Source of the DNA: Eledone cirrhosa
Taxonomy: Eukaryota
Direction: 5' to 3'
NCBI GenBank assembly: GCA_964016885.1
Contig: OZ024741.1
Location: 177,506,001 to 177,570,000, forward strand
DNA length: 64,000 nucleotides
Shown here: piece after piece, positions 40,001-51,962 of the stretch
How positions within the stretch are numbered: the first letter of the stretch is position 1
How the letters are laid out: each line of letters opens with the position of its first letter
Program-made: the position numbers and the translations under genes
The notes under the pieces: generated by a model
Database searches by the model: none
What the model was told of the DNA's origin: nothing
The model's input: only the letters and a program-made list of their open reading frames with translations

Positions 40001-42902
40001 ACCGAGTCAACAATTTAGTTAAGCAAAAGTTGACAGGGGGGGATCATCAACAACAGCTGGTGGGGGGCTCTCAAAAGAGAGATTAGAGTAACTTCGATAG
40101 AGTTCAGCAAAGAACTAGCGTCAGAGAAAAATAGAAAGGAGGGGGAGCTGGTAGATAAGTTAGACGAGGCTATTTGTAGTGGCACTGCAACTGACGTGCT
40201 AGCGGCGAGAATGGCATTAGACCATTTCTTCAATGAGAAACACGAAGGTTGCATTGTCAGAGCTAAGGCGCGTGCGCTGAGAAACGAGGGAACCAAAGCT
40301 GTTCGATGGGCCCGCGTGGTGGAGGCGCAGAGTGGTAATAAAACCACGATTCGGTCTTTGGCGAACAAAGACGGACACGAAATAAGCGATTCAAAGCGGA
40401 TGTGTGAGGCCTTTCGCCAGCTTTTCCTAGGTTGTTCTGGGAGAGTGGCGAGTCAGAGAGAGTAGCGGATTTCAGTCCCTACCTCGACGGCTTGCCGCGC
40501 ATCTCGACGGCCGACGTTGAGCGCTGCGAAAGGCCGATTACTTCAGCCGAAATTCAGGACGCCCTTTTCGGCTGCATGAGGTGCAAGTCACCCGGTTTGG
40601 ATGGCCTGCCCTTCGAGCTTTACGTAAATATGCCAGACTTGTTCTCCGATCTCCTCGAAGCACTCTACTGCAACTGACAGCAGAATGGGAGTATTCCGAG
40701 TTCTGTGAGCAGGGGAGTGGTGACGCTGATAAGGAAAGACGAGAACAAGAGGGATACATTAGACAAATTCAGGCCCATAACTCTGCTCAACATAGAGTTT
40801 AAGATTTTGGCCAAGGTGTTAGCAAAGAGATTGACGCTTGTCGTCGAGGATTTGGTTGGGGAGGCGAAAACTTGCGCAATCCCAGCCATATCGATACACG
40901 ACAATCTCCACCTCATGTGATACATCATAGAGAGGGTTGGGTGTAAACCTGGCTTCAGTGGGGCACTGATCAATTTAGATCAATCGAAAGCATTCGATAG
41001 AGTCGACCATCGGTATCTGGACTTTGTCCTCAAAGCAGCTGGCTTCAGCTCTGTCTTCAGAAGCTAGATCGTTGCAATGCACAGCGGCACACGCTCGGTA
41101 GTCAAGGTTAATGGCCACCACTCGGAACCATTTCGGCTCTCCCGATCGGTCAGTCAAGGTGCCCTCTCTCTTCCCTTCTGTACGTATTGACTCTCGAGCC
41201 TTTACTGGTGAAGCTGGAGCTGTTGCAGGGCATCCCGCTCGAATTTGGGCGTGGAAAGGCGGTGTCGGCTTACGCGGCCGACATCACCGTGATGGTGTCG
41301 AACACCTCAGAAATCGAGGTGGTCGGCACCTTTTTGAAGGAATATGAAAGGTTGACAGGAGCCAAACTTAACCCGGAAAAGGTGGTGGGCTTGCACCTCG
41401 GAACCTGGAGAGGCAAGCCCATGCCGTCCAACAGCATCGTGGGGCGCTGAACGGGTGGACCGGTAAAGTTGCTCGGGGTTTGGTTCGGACCAGACCTCCA
41501 GGTGGAAAAGAATTGGGACGAGGTAACGCGTAGAGTAGCCAGTCTTACCCCAAAATGGGCTGGGAGGAAGCTATCACTGAAAGGTCGCGCGGAGGTTGCG
41601 AATGCGTCATCTACTACCTGACCGTCGTGCCTTTCCCCCGTCCCCGCCTCGTCAAGTTGGAACGGCTCCTCTTCAAATTCTTGTGGAGGGGACAAGTGCC
41701 GTTGGTAAGGCTGTTCATCTGCTGCCAGCACCCTCTACGCGGAGGGTTGGGCATGCCGTGGCTAATGATGCGCAGACATGCGTTGAGGCTGCGACATATC
41801 CAGATATTTTGCCTCAACGGTGAACAGGTGTGGTGGCCGTTTATCAGACGGGCCTTTCCGCAGCTCATTTCTTTGACTGAGCTGCAGTCCTGGGTCAAGA
41901 AGAAACCGAGACTGGGTGACTGGCACCTGGAATGTTGCCAGGCACTCACTGCCCTCTACCATGCGGCCAATGCGATCAGTGGAACTTCCACTCTCGAGTT
42001 CTATAGAGGATTAGTGGTGGACAAGTGCGATGACGCACTCGGAGAAGCTTTGGTCTTCGACGAAGTCGAACTGACCAGTCTGTACCGGAGGACTTTTGAG
42101 CCGGGGATGATGGACAATTTCCAGAAATCCCTCGCCTGGAAGTGCTATCGGAGGGCTCTGCCGGTTCGGGATAAACTCTACAGGCACGGAAGTGCTGTCA
42201 GACGGACCTGCCCAAGATGCGAACAGAACGACGAAACCGTTCTGCACGCACTTGTCCAATGTCCATACATTACTGACTTGTGGAGTTATGTCGAACAGCT
42301 ACTGTCGCGTGTGGAACGAATCTGGCTATCGGCCGATTCCATAGAGGGAGATCGACCCACCGCCTTCCTTAGGTCTGGAAGAGCAGGAAATTTTCCTCTG
42401 TCTGGTGGCAGTTGCAAAAGTGGTTATATGGTGGACCAGGTTAAAAGGACTGAAGACATACACTTTTCTCTTCGGCCAATCCCCCATCAACTTCTTCAAG
42501 TTTCACCTGGAAAGGAAGTTGAGGTGGAGAGAGAAGTGCTGCCCCTCAGTACATTTGCTAAAAGGTGGGTGAATGTGTCGAGAATGGCTCGTGTGAATGG
42601 GCCTACTCTGACCATGCGCCTATAGGCTAGCTAACTTGAGGAGAGGGGTGCTCTCCCTGGGTGCCCTAGAAGCGGAGGGTGGTTCAGGATTGGTGGGGTA
42701 CTCGAGTCACCGCAGGGTCGTCCATCCCCTATCGGGGAATTTATTTTGTTATATTTATGCATAGTTTATTTTATATTTTTTTATCTTCATTGTTAAATTA
42801 GTCTTGCAATTGTACACTTTTAGTCGACCTTATTGTAAACCCCCACCGTCCCTGTCTTTTTATTATCCCCTACATATCGGCCCTTGTGGCTAATAAATTA
42901 AA

Positions 42903-42904
<2 letters not shown>
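37029..42904 (+). mobile_element. Tx1/L1-clade copy D, apparently full length, disrupted
   Basis: ORF1 37240-39210 (frameshifted) with CFVCGEATHMQDFC. ORF2 39240-42625 with CPRC..ETVLHALVQC. AATAAA is followed by (ATT)n at 42905-42982. Confidence 0.92.
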
Positions 42905-42982
<78 letters not shown>

Positions 42983-45900
42983 GGCGACCTACGTAGTAAA
43001 TCGTATCATCGTGAGCTCCGCAAAGGTTTGTTATTTCCGTTTGTTAAAAATTGCCATTTATGGAAAATTTTATTGTTAACTGTTTATAAGCACACATACA
43101 TTGTTTTCCGAAAAGGACACCCAAAAAGATTGGGGCCTTGTGCCCAAAATTTAAACTTTTATTATTATCAAAAAATTTCTTTGAAAAAAAAATGGCTAAT
43201 TCACCTCTGCAACAAGCAGCTGAAAGCCTTCCTCACAAATTAACACCTCATACCGACACCACCATTGTAAATGTTACTACGTTTGCCAACACAAAAAAAA
43301 ATATAAGCAGTAGCAATATTTTAAATTTGTCTCAGGCAGACATTCATTTCCCGCCATTACCAATGACTGTAGGTGTAAAAGCCTCCACCACCACCACCAC
43401 CGCGACAGCCACCACCCCCACCACCACCGCGACAACAGAAACAAAAGAAGAAAAAAATAAATTAACTCGTGATGTCGAAATGAAATCAAGCAAAATGGAC
43501 TCTTCCGCACCAAAGACGACTGACGTCACCACAACCACAACTGAAAATAAAATTAATATTAACACAAATAACGATAGCAACAACAACAACAATGACATTA
43601 TAAAAACCCCCCTCAGTTTCGCCAGAGTAGCAAAACAATTCGAAGCATTCACGGTAACTCAGGAAGATTTAGAAAATGCCAAACAAATGGTAAAGAAAGA
43701 TGGGTACAGGGTCAGCGTCACCCCCCCCCCACACACACCTAATAAAATGGAGCATCGGCGCCTATGCACCGTGTCGTATAGAACAATAAATGTAAAATCG
43801 CGCCGAGTGGAACGGGCATCCGAGTCCCAAATCCAAAAAGCTTTGGGACATGTGTGGGCAAGAAAAACCCACATCAGACGTGGGCAAAAGTATGGAACCG
43901 TGGATGTGTTCTTTGAAACACCAGAGGAGGCTAGAGAACACGCCATGGCCCCATTAAAAAGTGACGACTTCACACTCGTCCCAAGCTATTGTGGCCAGAG
44001 ACTCGTAAAGATAAGGGTGACCCACGTTCCACCGGCCATCGAAATTGCCTGGCTAATAACGGCTGTCCTCGCCGGCATCGAAGCCAACACGAAAATAATA
44101 GCAATAGCAAAAGAAAAGCAGGAAAGCTGGTCCGGATCTGGGATGGATCTCCTGATCCAAGCGGACCAAAAAAACATTGAGGAGATCCCAGAGGTAATAG
44201 ACCTCACTGACGGCAGCCACCTCACGGTAATTGTCGAGGGCAGAAGACCTAGGTGTGTCGTTTCTGGTGAAGGAACCCACCTAAGGGCTTTCTGCCCTCA
44301 GGCTAAAAGGTTGAGGCCACCTCTCCTACCCACCCCAGTGACACAACCATCAACACCACCAGTCGCAGAGATGGCAGCAACAACTGTAGCAGCAACAACA
44401 GAAGCAACTATAACAGCAACAACCCCAGCAACAGTAGCAAAACCAACACCACTACCACCACCAGCAAAACCAACACCACCACCACCCAACGCTTCAGAAC
44501 TAGCACCAGCGCCTACACCATCCACCACACCACAACCAAAACTAACGGCTGTGGAGGATTTTCCACTCCCCGGTCTATCACAACTGGAGACAGATTGTGA
44601 CGACGAGGAGTGGGAAACGATATCCGGAAAAAAAAAGAAACCAAAAAAGAAAAAATTCTCTTCCTTCCCCCTCCAAAAACAAAATACAGAGGGAAACAAA
44701 TAAACTAAGAAACAAAAAAGTTAGGACAGATATGCCACCATCCACACCAGCATCACCAACCCCATCAACCCAAACACCAACACCATCACCATCATTAACT
44801 CCAACACCACCATCACCTACACCACAAAAGTCACCAAAATGCGAAACAGAAACGAACCCACAACAAACGCAAACAAAACAAAACAACCAAAACGATACAC
44901 ACTACACAGCATTAAATTTGAACAACAAGCAATTATTACACTACATCCAACACAACACCAGCATCACACAAAAAGACTACACAACAACCCCAACATTCAC
45001 ACCACCTCCACACATACAAATCACTCGCATCACACAGAAAACGTACATGACATTAAAACAAAAATTCCCCAAAGACATCGGAGACTTCCGACAAGCACTC
45101 TCCAGGAGGATTTATAAGGACATCCTTCCTGAGGAGGCCACAAGCAGTGAAAAGGATGGAAAAACCGTCCTTCCCCTACGAGAAGTAAGGGAAGTGGTCT
45201 TTCCCATCTTTTCCACTCCTTTTCAACATGACCTCACTCAGAATAGGCAGCATAAATGCGCGTGGCTTGGGGTCGTCATGGAAGCAGGGCCACCTGCTCA
45301 ACGACCTCAGGTCACTAAACATAGATGTAGTGGCCATCAGCGAGACCAGAATCTCCGAAGCACAGGCTTTCGCACCGATCTTCGGCGGCTACGATGTGTA
45401 CGCATCTCCCAGCCGTCCGGGATCGGGGGAGGAGTTGCTGTGCTTTTTCGGAGAGGTTTGGGTCTTGCCATACGGGCCATCTTCCTGCACCCAGAAGGTA
45501 AGTTGGTGGTGCTGGACGTGACCAGCGGAGACGGGCAAGCTTTCAGGTTAGTGGCCGTCTATGCCCCGACAGGAGCAGGGCGGCCTGATTTCTTCCGGCG
45601 TCTGGAGACCTTTCTTGGAACGTCCCGCTCTTTAGTGTTAGTGGGCGACTGGAACGGGATCTTAGATGCACGCTGGGATTGTGTGGGATTAGTGGATAGG
45701 GAAGGAGGGTGCAAGAGTCTCACCAACCTGCTTAGACGTTTTGAACTGTCTGACAGGTACCGAATGGATTTCCCGAATGTACCAATGTGGACTTGGACAA
45801 ATCGCATAGGGTCATCCAGATCATATCTAGATAGAGTATTTTGTAGGGAAATAGATAGGTCTAGCATAGGCTGTCCACAATTCAAGATAGTCAGCTACAC

Positions 45901-48843
45901 GGACCACAAATTCGTGATCTGTGTGCTTGACTTGGATAGGCTTCATAGACGAGGACCCGGCTACTGGAAGCTAAACGCGTCCTTACCAGCGCGCAAGGCC
46001 TACAGAGACCGGATTAGCGAACTAGTTAAGCGGGCGTTGACGGGGGCCATCGTCAACAACAAGTGATGGTTTGCTCTGAAAAGAGCAATTAGAATAGAGT
46101 CCATTAGGTTTAGTAAGACTTTAGCAATAGAGAAAAATAGAGCAGAGGGAGAATTAGTTAGAAAATTAGATGAGGCGCTTAGCAAAGGCATCGCGACCGA
46201 CGTACTTGCGGCGAAATTGGCCCTTGACCAATTCTTCAATGCAAAGCACGAAGGCTGCGTTGTCAGAGCTAGGGTGCGTGCTCTCAGACACGAGGGGACG
46301 AAAGCCGTTCAATGGGCTCGAGTGGCGGAGGCGCGTCGTGGCAACAAAGCCACGATCCGGTCTTTGGTGGACCACGACGGGCGCATGCTACTCGATCCCG
46401 GGCAAATGTGTGAAGCTTTTCAGCGACACTTCACTCAACTGTTCGGGGAAAGTGGCGGGCCGGATCGAGGGATGGACTTTAGTGTCTAGCTCGACGGACT
46501 GCCGCGGCTTTCGGCCACTGAGGCGGAGTGTTGCGAAAAGCCGATAACAACCGCTGAAGTACGGGATGCAATGACTAGTTGCACAAGGGGTAAATCGCCT
46601 GGTTTGGATGGTCTGCCCTATGAACTTTACGTACAAATGCCAAACTTGTTCGGAGGCCTCTTGGCGGACGTCTACTGCAACTGGCAACTGAACGGGAGAA
46701 TTCCCAGCTCTGTGAGCCGAGGAGCGGTGGCGCTGCTGAGAAAGGATCCGAACAAGGGGGATAACATAGATAATTTTAGGCCCATAACTCTGCTAAACAC
46801 AGAGTTCAAGATTTTGGCTAAGGTGCTAGCAAAGAGGTTGGCGCTTGTCGTTGGTGGTCTGGTGGGAGAGGCACAGACATGCGCCATTCCCGACAGATCC
46901 ATCCACGACAACCTCCACCTCATGCGATACATCGTAGAGAGGGTAGATAGGGAACCTGGCACGGGTGGGTCTTTATCAATTTAGATCAGTCGAAAGCCTT
47001 CGATAGGGTCGACCATCGTTACCTAGCGGCAGTCCTGAGGGCGGCTGGCTTTGGGCCCGTCTTCAGAGGCTGGATCGCTGCCATGCACAGCAACATCTGC
47101 TCTGTAGTGAGAGTGAACAGTCACCTTTCGGAACCGTTCAACATCATGCGCTCGGTCCGCCAAGGATGTCCCCTCTCGTCCCTATTGTACGTATTGACTC
47201 TCGAGCCATTACTGCACAAACTGGAGACGTTGAGGGGGATCCCGCGCGAACTAGGATGCGGAAGATCCGTGTCAGCATATGCCGACGATGTCACCGTAGT
47301 GGTGTCGAACGCCAAACACATCGAGGCGATCGGCACTACACTAAGAGAATACGAAGCGGTGACAGGAGCAATGATCAACCAGGAAAAGTCAGTGGGCCTG
47401 CAGCTCGGCACCTGGAGAGGCAGGTCCATGCCGTCCAACAGCGTCGTCGGGCGCTGGACGGACGGACCGGTTAAATTGCTAGGAGTCTGGTTCGGTCCAG
47501 ACCTCCAGACGGACAAAGACTGGGACGAGGTGACGAGCAGGGTGGCTTCTCTCACCCAGAAATGGGCCGAGAGGAAGCTATCCCTGAAAGGTCGCCTGAC
47601 CGTCGTACCTTGTCCTAAGCCCCGCCTGACTGCGCTGGAGCGTTTGCTCTTTCGCTTCTTGTGGAAGGGACGCGGTCCGATGGTCAGGCGTTCTATCTGC
47701 TGTCAACACCCGCTACTTGGAGGGCTGGGCATGCCGTGGCTGATGATGCGCAGACACGCGCTCAGGCTACGACATCTCCACCTCTTCCTCGACGGTGATC
47801 AGGTGTGGTCGCCGTTTGCTAGACACGTTTTGCCCCAGCTCGTCTCCTTGACGGAGCTGCAGTCCTGTGTCAAGCGAAGACCGAGAGGGAGCGCTTGGAG
47901 ACTGGAATGTCTTTAGGCGCTCACAGCCCTCGACCAATCGGGCAATGTGATCGGTGGAAACTCCACCTTGGCGTTCTATAGGGTATTAGTGGAGGGGAAG
48001 AGCGACGACGTACTTGGAGAAACTCTAGGCGTCGACGAAAATCAACTAGCCAATCTCTTCGGAAGGACTTTCGGGCCGGGGCCTATGGACAACTTCCAGA
48101 AATCCCTGGCCTGGCAGTGCTACCGAGGAGCTTTGCCAGTTCGGGATAAACTCTACAGGCATGGAGGTGCCGTCAGCCGGGCATGTCCGAGATGCGCGCA
48201 GGGCGACGAAACCGTCCTGCACGCACTCGTCCAGTGTCCGAGCATTGCTGACCTGTGGGTTCATGTCGAACACCTGCTGTCACGTGTAGGACGGATCCAG
48301 CTATCAGCTGAGTCCATCGTGAGGATTGCCCCGCCCCCTTCCTTTACCCTGGAAGGGCAGGCAGTTTTTATCTGTCTGGTGGCCATGGCGAAAGAGATAG
48401 TATGGTGGACACGCTTGAAAGGGCTGAAGACGAACACTTACCTCTTCGGTGATGCCCTGATTAACTTTTTCAAATTTCATTTGAAAAGGAAAATCAGGGT
48501 AGAGAGGGAAGTGCTCTCTTCCCAGCATTTTGTTGAAAGATGGGTGAGAGAAGCAAGTATGGCCCGAATGAATGGGCCTTCTCTGAGTATGTCTCTGTAA
48601 ATTAAAGGTGGAAAACTGGGAGAGGGCACTTGCCCTGGTGGTCAGGACCACTGTGGTCTTTTAATGGGCTTTCTCCACAAATGTCCCTCGGAAGTCTCCC
48701 CCCTATTATGGAATTTTTCTTTGTTATTTTATTTCAACCTCTGTTTTTTTACACGCAGAAATGCCCATTTCTACCGTCCTGTATTGTGCTGTACTGTCCT
48801 TAATGTCTACTTTATGTAAACCCTTGTGGTTAATAAAGAAAAC
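42983..48843 (+). mobile_element. Tx1/L1-clade copy E, apparently full length, least decayed
   Basis: ORF1 from ATG 43192 (Thr/Asn-rich, degenerate knuckle CVVSGEGTHLRAFC, Pro/Thr-rich). ORF2 45228-48600 has NFRPITLLNTEFKILAK, VRQGCPLS, AYADD and CPRC..HALVQC, with a few stops/frameshifts. Ends AATAAA plus (ATT)n. Confidence 0.93.
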
Positions 48844-48861
48844 ATTATTATTATTATTATT

Positions 48862-49040
48862 TTGCCTTTCATCCTTGCGGGTCGATAAAATAAAGTACCA
48901 GTAATGTACTGGTATAATTGCTGGCCTTGTGCCAATAGTAGAAACAATTATTATTATTATAAAATAAAGTACCAGTAATGCACTGGGTACTTGCTGGCCT
49001 TGTGCCTAAAGTAGAAACAATTATTATTATTATTGTCGTT
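48862..49040 (+). mobile_element. Two tandem 3' fragments of the SINE seen at 14428-14614, with (ATT)n tails
   Basis: TTGCCTTTCATCCTTGCGGGTCGATAAAATAAAGTACCAG..GGCCTTGTGCC..AGTAGAAACAATTATT, with the distal part repeated. Confidence 0.8.
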
Positions 49041-49782
49041 GTCGTTGTTATTATTATTACCCATGTATTCCTGCAATATTTATTAGAGAGTATTGTGATT
49101 ACTTCCTAGAAACTTTAGTGTTTTGAAAACAGCATTAAGGTGACTAATAAATACTATATATAGGAACTGTTGCTCATAAACTTGTTTAGCTAGAAACATC
49201 CAAGATGACATTGACAAACTGAAGTGTCTTTTAAGGAAATAAACGAACAAATATTTTGCTGTAATAATGTTTTACATAGCTTTATACTTTCCTCTATCAA
49301 AAGATTCATATTGTTTGTGTTTCTACGTGCTTACACATATGACAACATTTCTGTTATTTAGAAAGTATGGAAATCTACTATAGGTGACTATTACCGTAGT
49401 CATCTTAAGACTCCGTAGCTGGAAGTAAAGTAATATAGAATACAGTTTATAGTTCACTTCACAAGGACCATGACAAATTTCCAACAGATTATTATTTAAT
49501 CCCCCGCTAGATGTAATATATTTTTCTAAAAGGTACAAAAACTGATGATCAAAAGGAAATTATTGTTATATATTATATTTTTATTCTACTGGTTTGAGTT
49601 ACTATACTGCGGTTATACAGCGGGAGGACAGATTTCATTTCGATCACAGAACATTACTTTAAAAGTCTCGTACTAATTCTGTCTCTTTTTTTTTTTTTGT
49701 CGAATTGTTAATATTACGGAATACGGAACAGTACTCTTAAAACATCGACGCAGCCACACATAGACATATATTTATATATATT

Positions 49783-49831
<49 letters not shown>

Positions 49832-49834
<3 letters not shown>

Positions 49835-50633
49835 CTCTGGCTTCTCAATATTCTCTACCAGACATTTTGTCTCAGTCTCATTCATTCTCAGCCCCACACT
49901 CATCGACACAGTCTCAACTTTCTGCATCAAATCCTCTGCCTCCTTCACTGTATTTGTCACCAAAACTATGTCGTCGGCAAATTCACCATCCGATATCGTT
50001 TTCGCCTTAACTCTCCTGCTCTGAGCTGGTGTTTTGTCCAGTGCAAGGCGCATACAATAATGTAGGTGGGAAGCCGCTGGAATTAGTTGAGGACTTCTTG
50101 TAGTTGGGAGCAAACATTGGGAATACGGAAGATGATGTGGTTGAGAGAAAAAGCAAAGCCTGGGGGTTGTGCCACAGTTTGAGATCGGTGTGGAAGTCGG
50201 ACCTTCGTGGAGACCTGAAGATCCGCCTCTCCATTGTCGTAGTGGAGTCTGTGCTGCTGTACAGGTCTGAGACTTGGACATTGACTAAGAAATTCACCCA
50301 GATGGTGGATGGGTGCTACACAAGAATGCTGAGGATGGCTCTGAACATTAATCAGTATACACTGAGGATGCAAAACTCAGAGCTGTATGGGAGCCTCCCA
50401 AAAGTATCAGCTCAAAAGTGACACGGACGAGAGATCCAGAGTTGACACTGCACTCACTGCTCCTATGGGAGCCCCTGCATGGACACACTGGAAGAGGAAG
50501 ACGAAGGTTAACGTATGTTGATGCCCTAAGGACAGATACTGGTCTGTTGGAGACGCAGGACATGACAGCGATAATGAGGGACAGAGACCGCTGGAAAGAA
50601 CTCGTCCGTGGATCTCGGGAATTTTATCCGCCC
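49832..50633 (+). mobile_element. RTE-type LINE 3' end with inverted 5' segment (49832-~50050), in (TA)n
   Basis: Plus strand: VESVLLYRSETWTLTK, DGCYTRMLRMALNI, LLLWEP.HG..GRGR. Minus strand: EFADDIVLV..VGLRMNE..TK (RT). Confidence 0.85.
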
Positions 50634-50655
50634 TATATATATATATATATATATA

Positions 50656-50862
50656 TTTAATATAGAAAAGCTTCTACAGGACTACAACTGTTTCATTCAT
50701 GCGAAAGCATCAGGAAACTAACAGCTTCCCGGTGATTTTGCATGAATGAAAGAGTTCTAGTCCTGTAGAACCTTTTCTATATTAAACATTTATACTCTGC
50801 TATGTATTGAGTACCTTACTTACTGTGGTTACCCACGATTAAACCCGTATTAACTTACTTTT
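50656..50862. mobile_element. Fold-back element (arms within 50656-50786) with decayed outward-facing hammerheads and a one-sided extension
   Basis: Left arm reverse complement: CTGATGC-TTTC GCAT GAAT-GAAA-CAGTTG-TA. Right arm: CCGGTGA-TTTT GCAT GAAT-GAAA-GAGTTC-TA. Confidence 0.6.
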
Positions 50863-50877
50863 ATATATATATATATA

Positions 50878-51239
50878 CCAAGATAATAATAAATGGAAAC
50901 TATATTTATAAAACCATATTTATTTTATTTATATTTCAAGGGCGACCAAGCAACCCTGGTGCGATTTCATCAGATAAAATACAAAATTTGTTTTATAAAT
51001 AATGACATACCAATGGAAATCACCGAATCTTCGGACCGTTAAGGTGTGATTTCCATGGGTATGTCATTATTTATAAAACAAACTTTGTATTTTATCTGAT
51101 GAAAGCGCACCAAGATTTGCTTGGTTGCCCTTGAAATATATATAATAAAATAAATATAGTTTCCATTTATTATTATCTTGGAATATTTACTGCAGTAACT
51201 TGTTTGTCGGAATTCCAATAAATTAAATACATCTCCTAC

Positions 51240-51240
<1 letters not shown>
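50878..51240. mobile_element. Fold-back element (arms 50878-51023 and 51046-51181) with two hammerheads
   Basis: Plus hammerhead 51088-51152: TATTTTAT-CTGATGA-stem II-GAAA-TATATA-TA-ATAAAATA. Minus copy at 50921-50981. Stem I is identical to the PLE hammerhead at 14307. Confidence 0.75.
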
Positions 51241-51273
<33 letters not shown>

Positions 51274-51278
<5 letters not shown>

Positions 51279-51962
51279 TAAATTTAGTCCTTCATCAGTG
51301 ATCTGCCAACCTTCATTGGTATTTCATCGCTTTAAAGACCATATACCTCCTGTTGGTGCGAGCAACGGCTAAAGAAAGTCGTTGGGACACGTAAATAAGG
51401 GGACCGAGCGAGACTGTAAACAATCAAAGATGGTAATGCAACGAAAAGTGAGGAAGAAGGTGTCAAGTCCCTGAAATCGATGAACATATGTTCTGTGAAA
51501 TCGTAGACGAGAGAGAATAAAGACCACTAAACCTGGTCGAAATGTGAGCAAGGAAAGAATTTCGCACAGGTCAAACGAGAGGGAGAAAGAGTCAAGTCCC
51601 TGAAATCGGGGAACATAAGTTCTGTGAAATCGTAGACGAGAGAGAATAAAGAACAACCGACCTGGTCTAAGTGTGCGCGAGGAAAGAATTTCGCACAGGT
51701 CAAACGGGAGGAATTAGGAGAGAGAGAGTAGCACAGAGTGAGTGAGTGAAAGGTGAGGAAGAGGCTAACAGAGAGAGTGACTGTTAGAGGGGGTAAAGGG
51801 AAGTGAGAGATACAGAGAAAAGAGGAAGCAGTAAGAAATAAACAGACGGGTCACAGCGGAGGAAAATATATATGTGAATATGAAAACATGGCGTGCTGCG
51901 TGGTTGGAAATGGGTTGCATATGAATAAATTTAGTCCTTCATCAGTGATCTGCCAACCTTCA
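51274..51962 (-). mobile_element. Element with terminal direct repeats (pLTR-like) and an internal ~129-bp duplication
   Basis: ATGAATAAATTTAGTCCTTCATCAGTGATCTGCCAACCTTCAT occurs at both ends. 51462-51581 matches 51591-51710. Homologous to 61163-61731. Confidence 0.6.

Noticed and set aside
44597-46066. 489-aa ORF apparently fusing ORF1 to the endonuclease
   Set aside because: Produced by a 1-nt frameshift near 45425 in a decayed copy; ORF2 proper starts at 45228.
23993-48861. Telomeric retrotransposon array
   Set aside because: No TTAGGG-type repeats, and ordinary genomic sequence lies on both sides.
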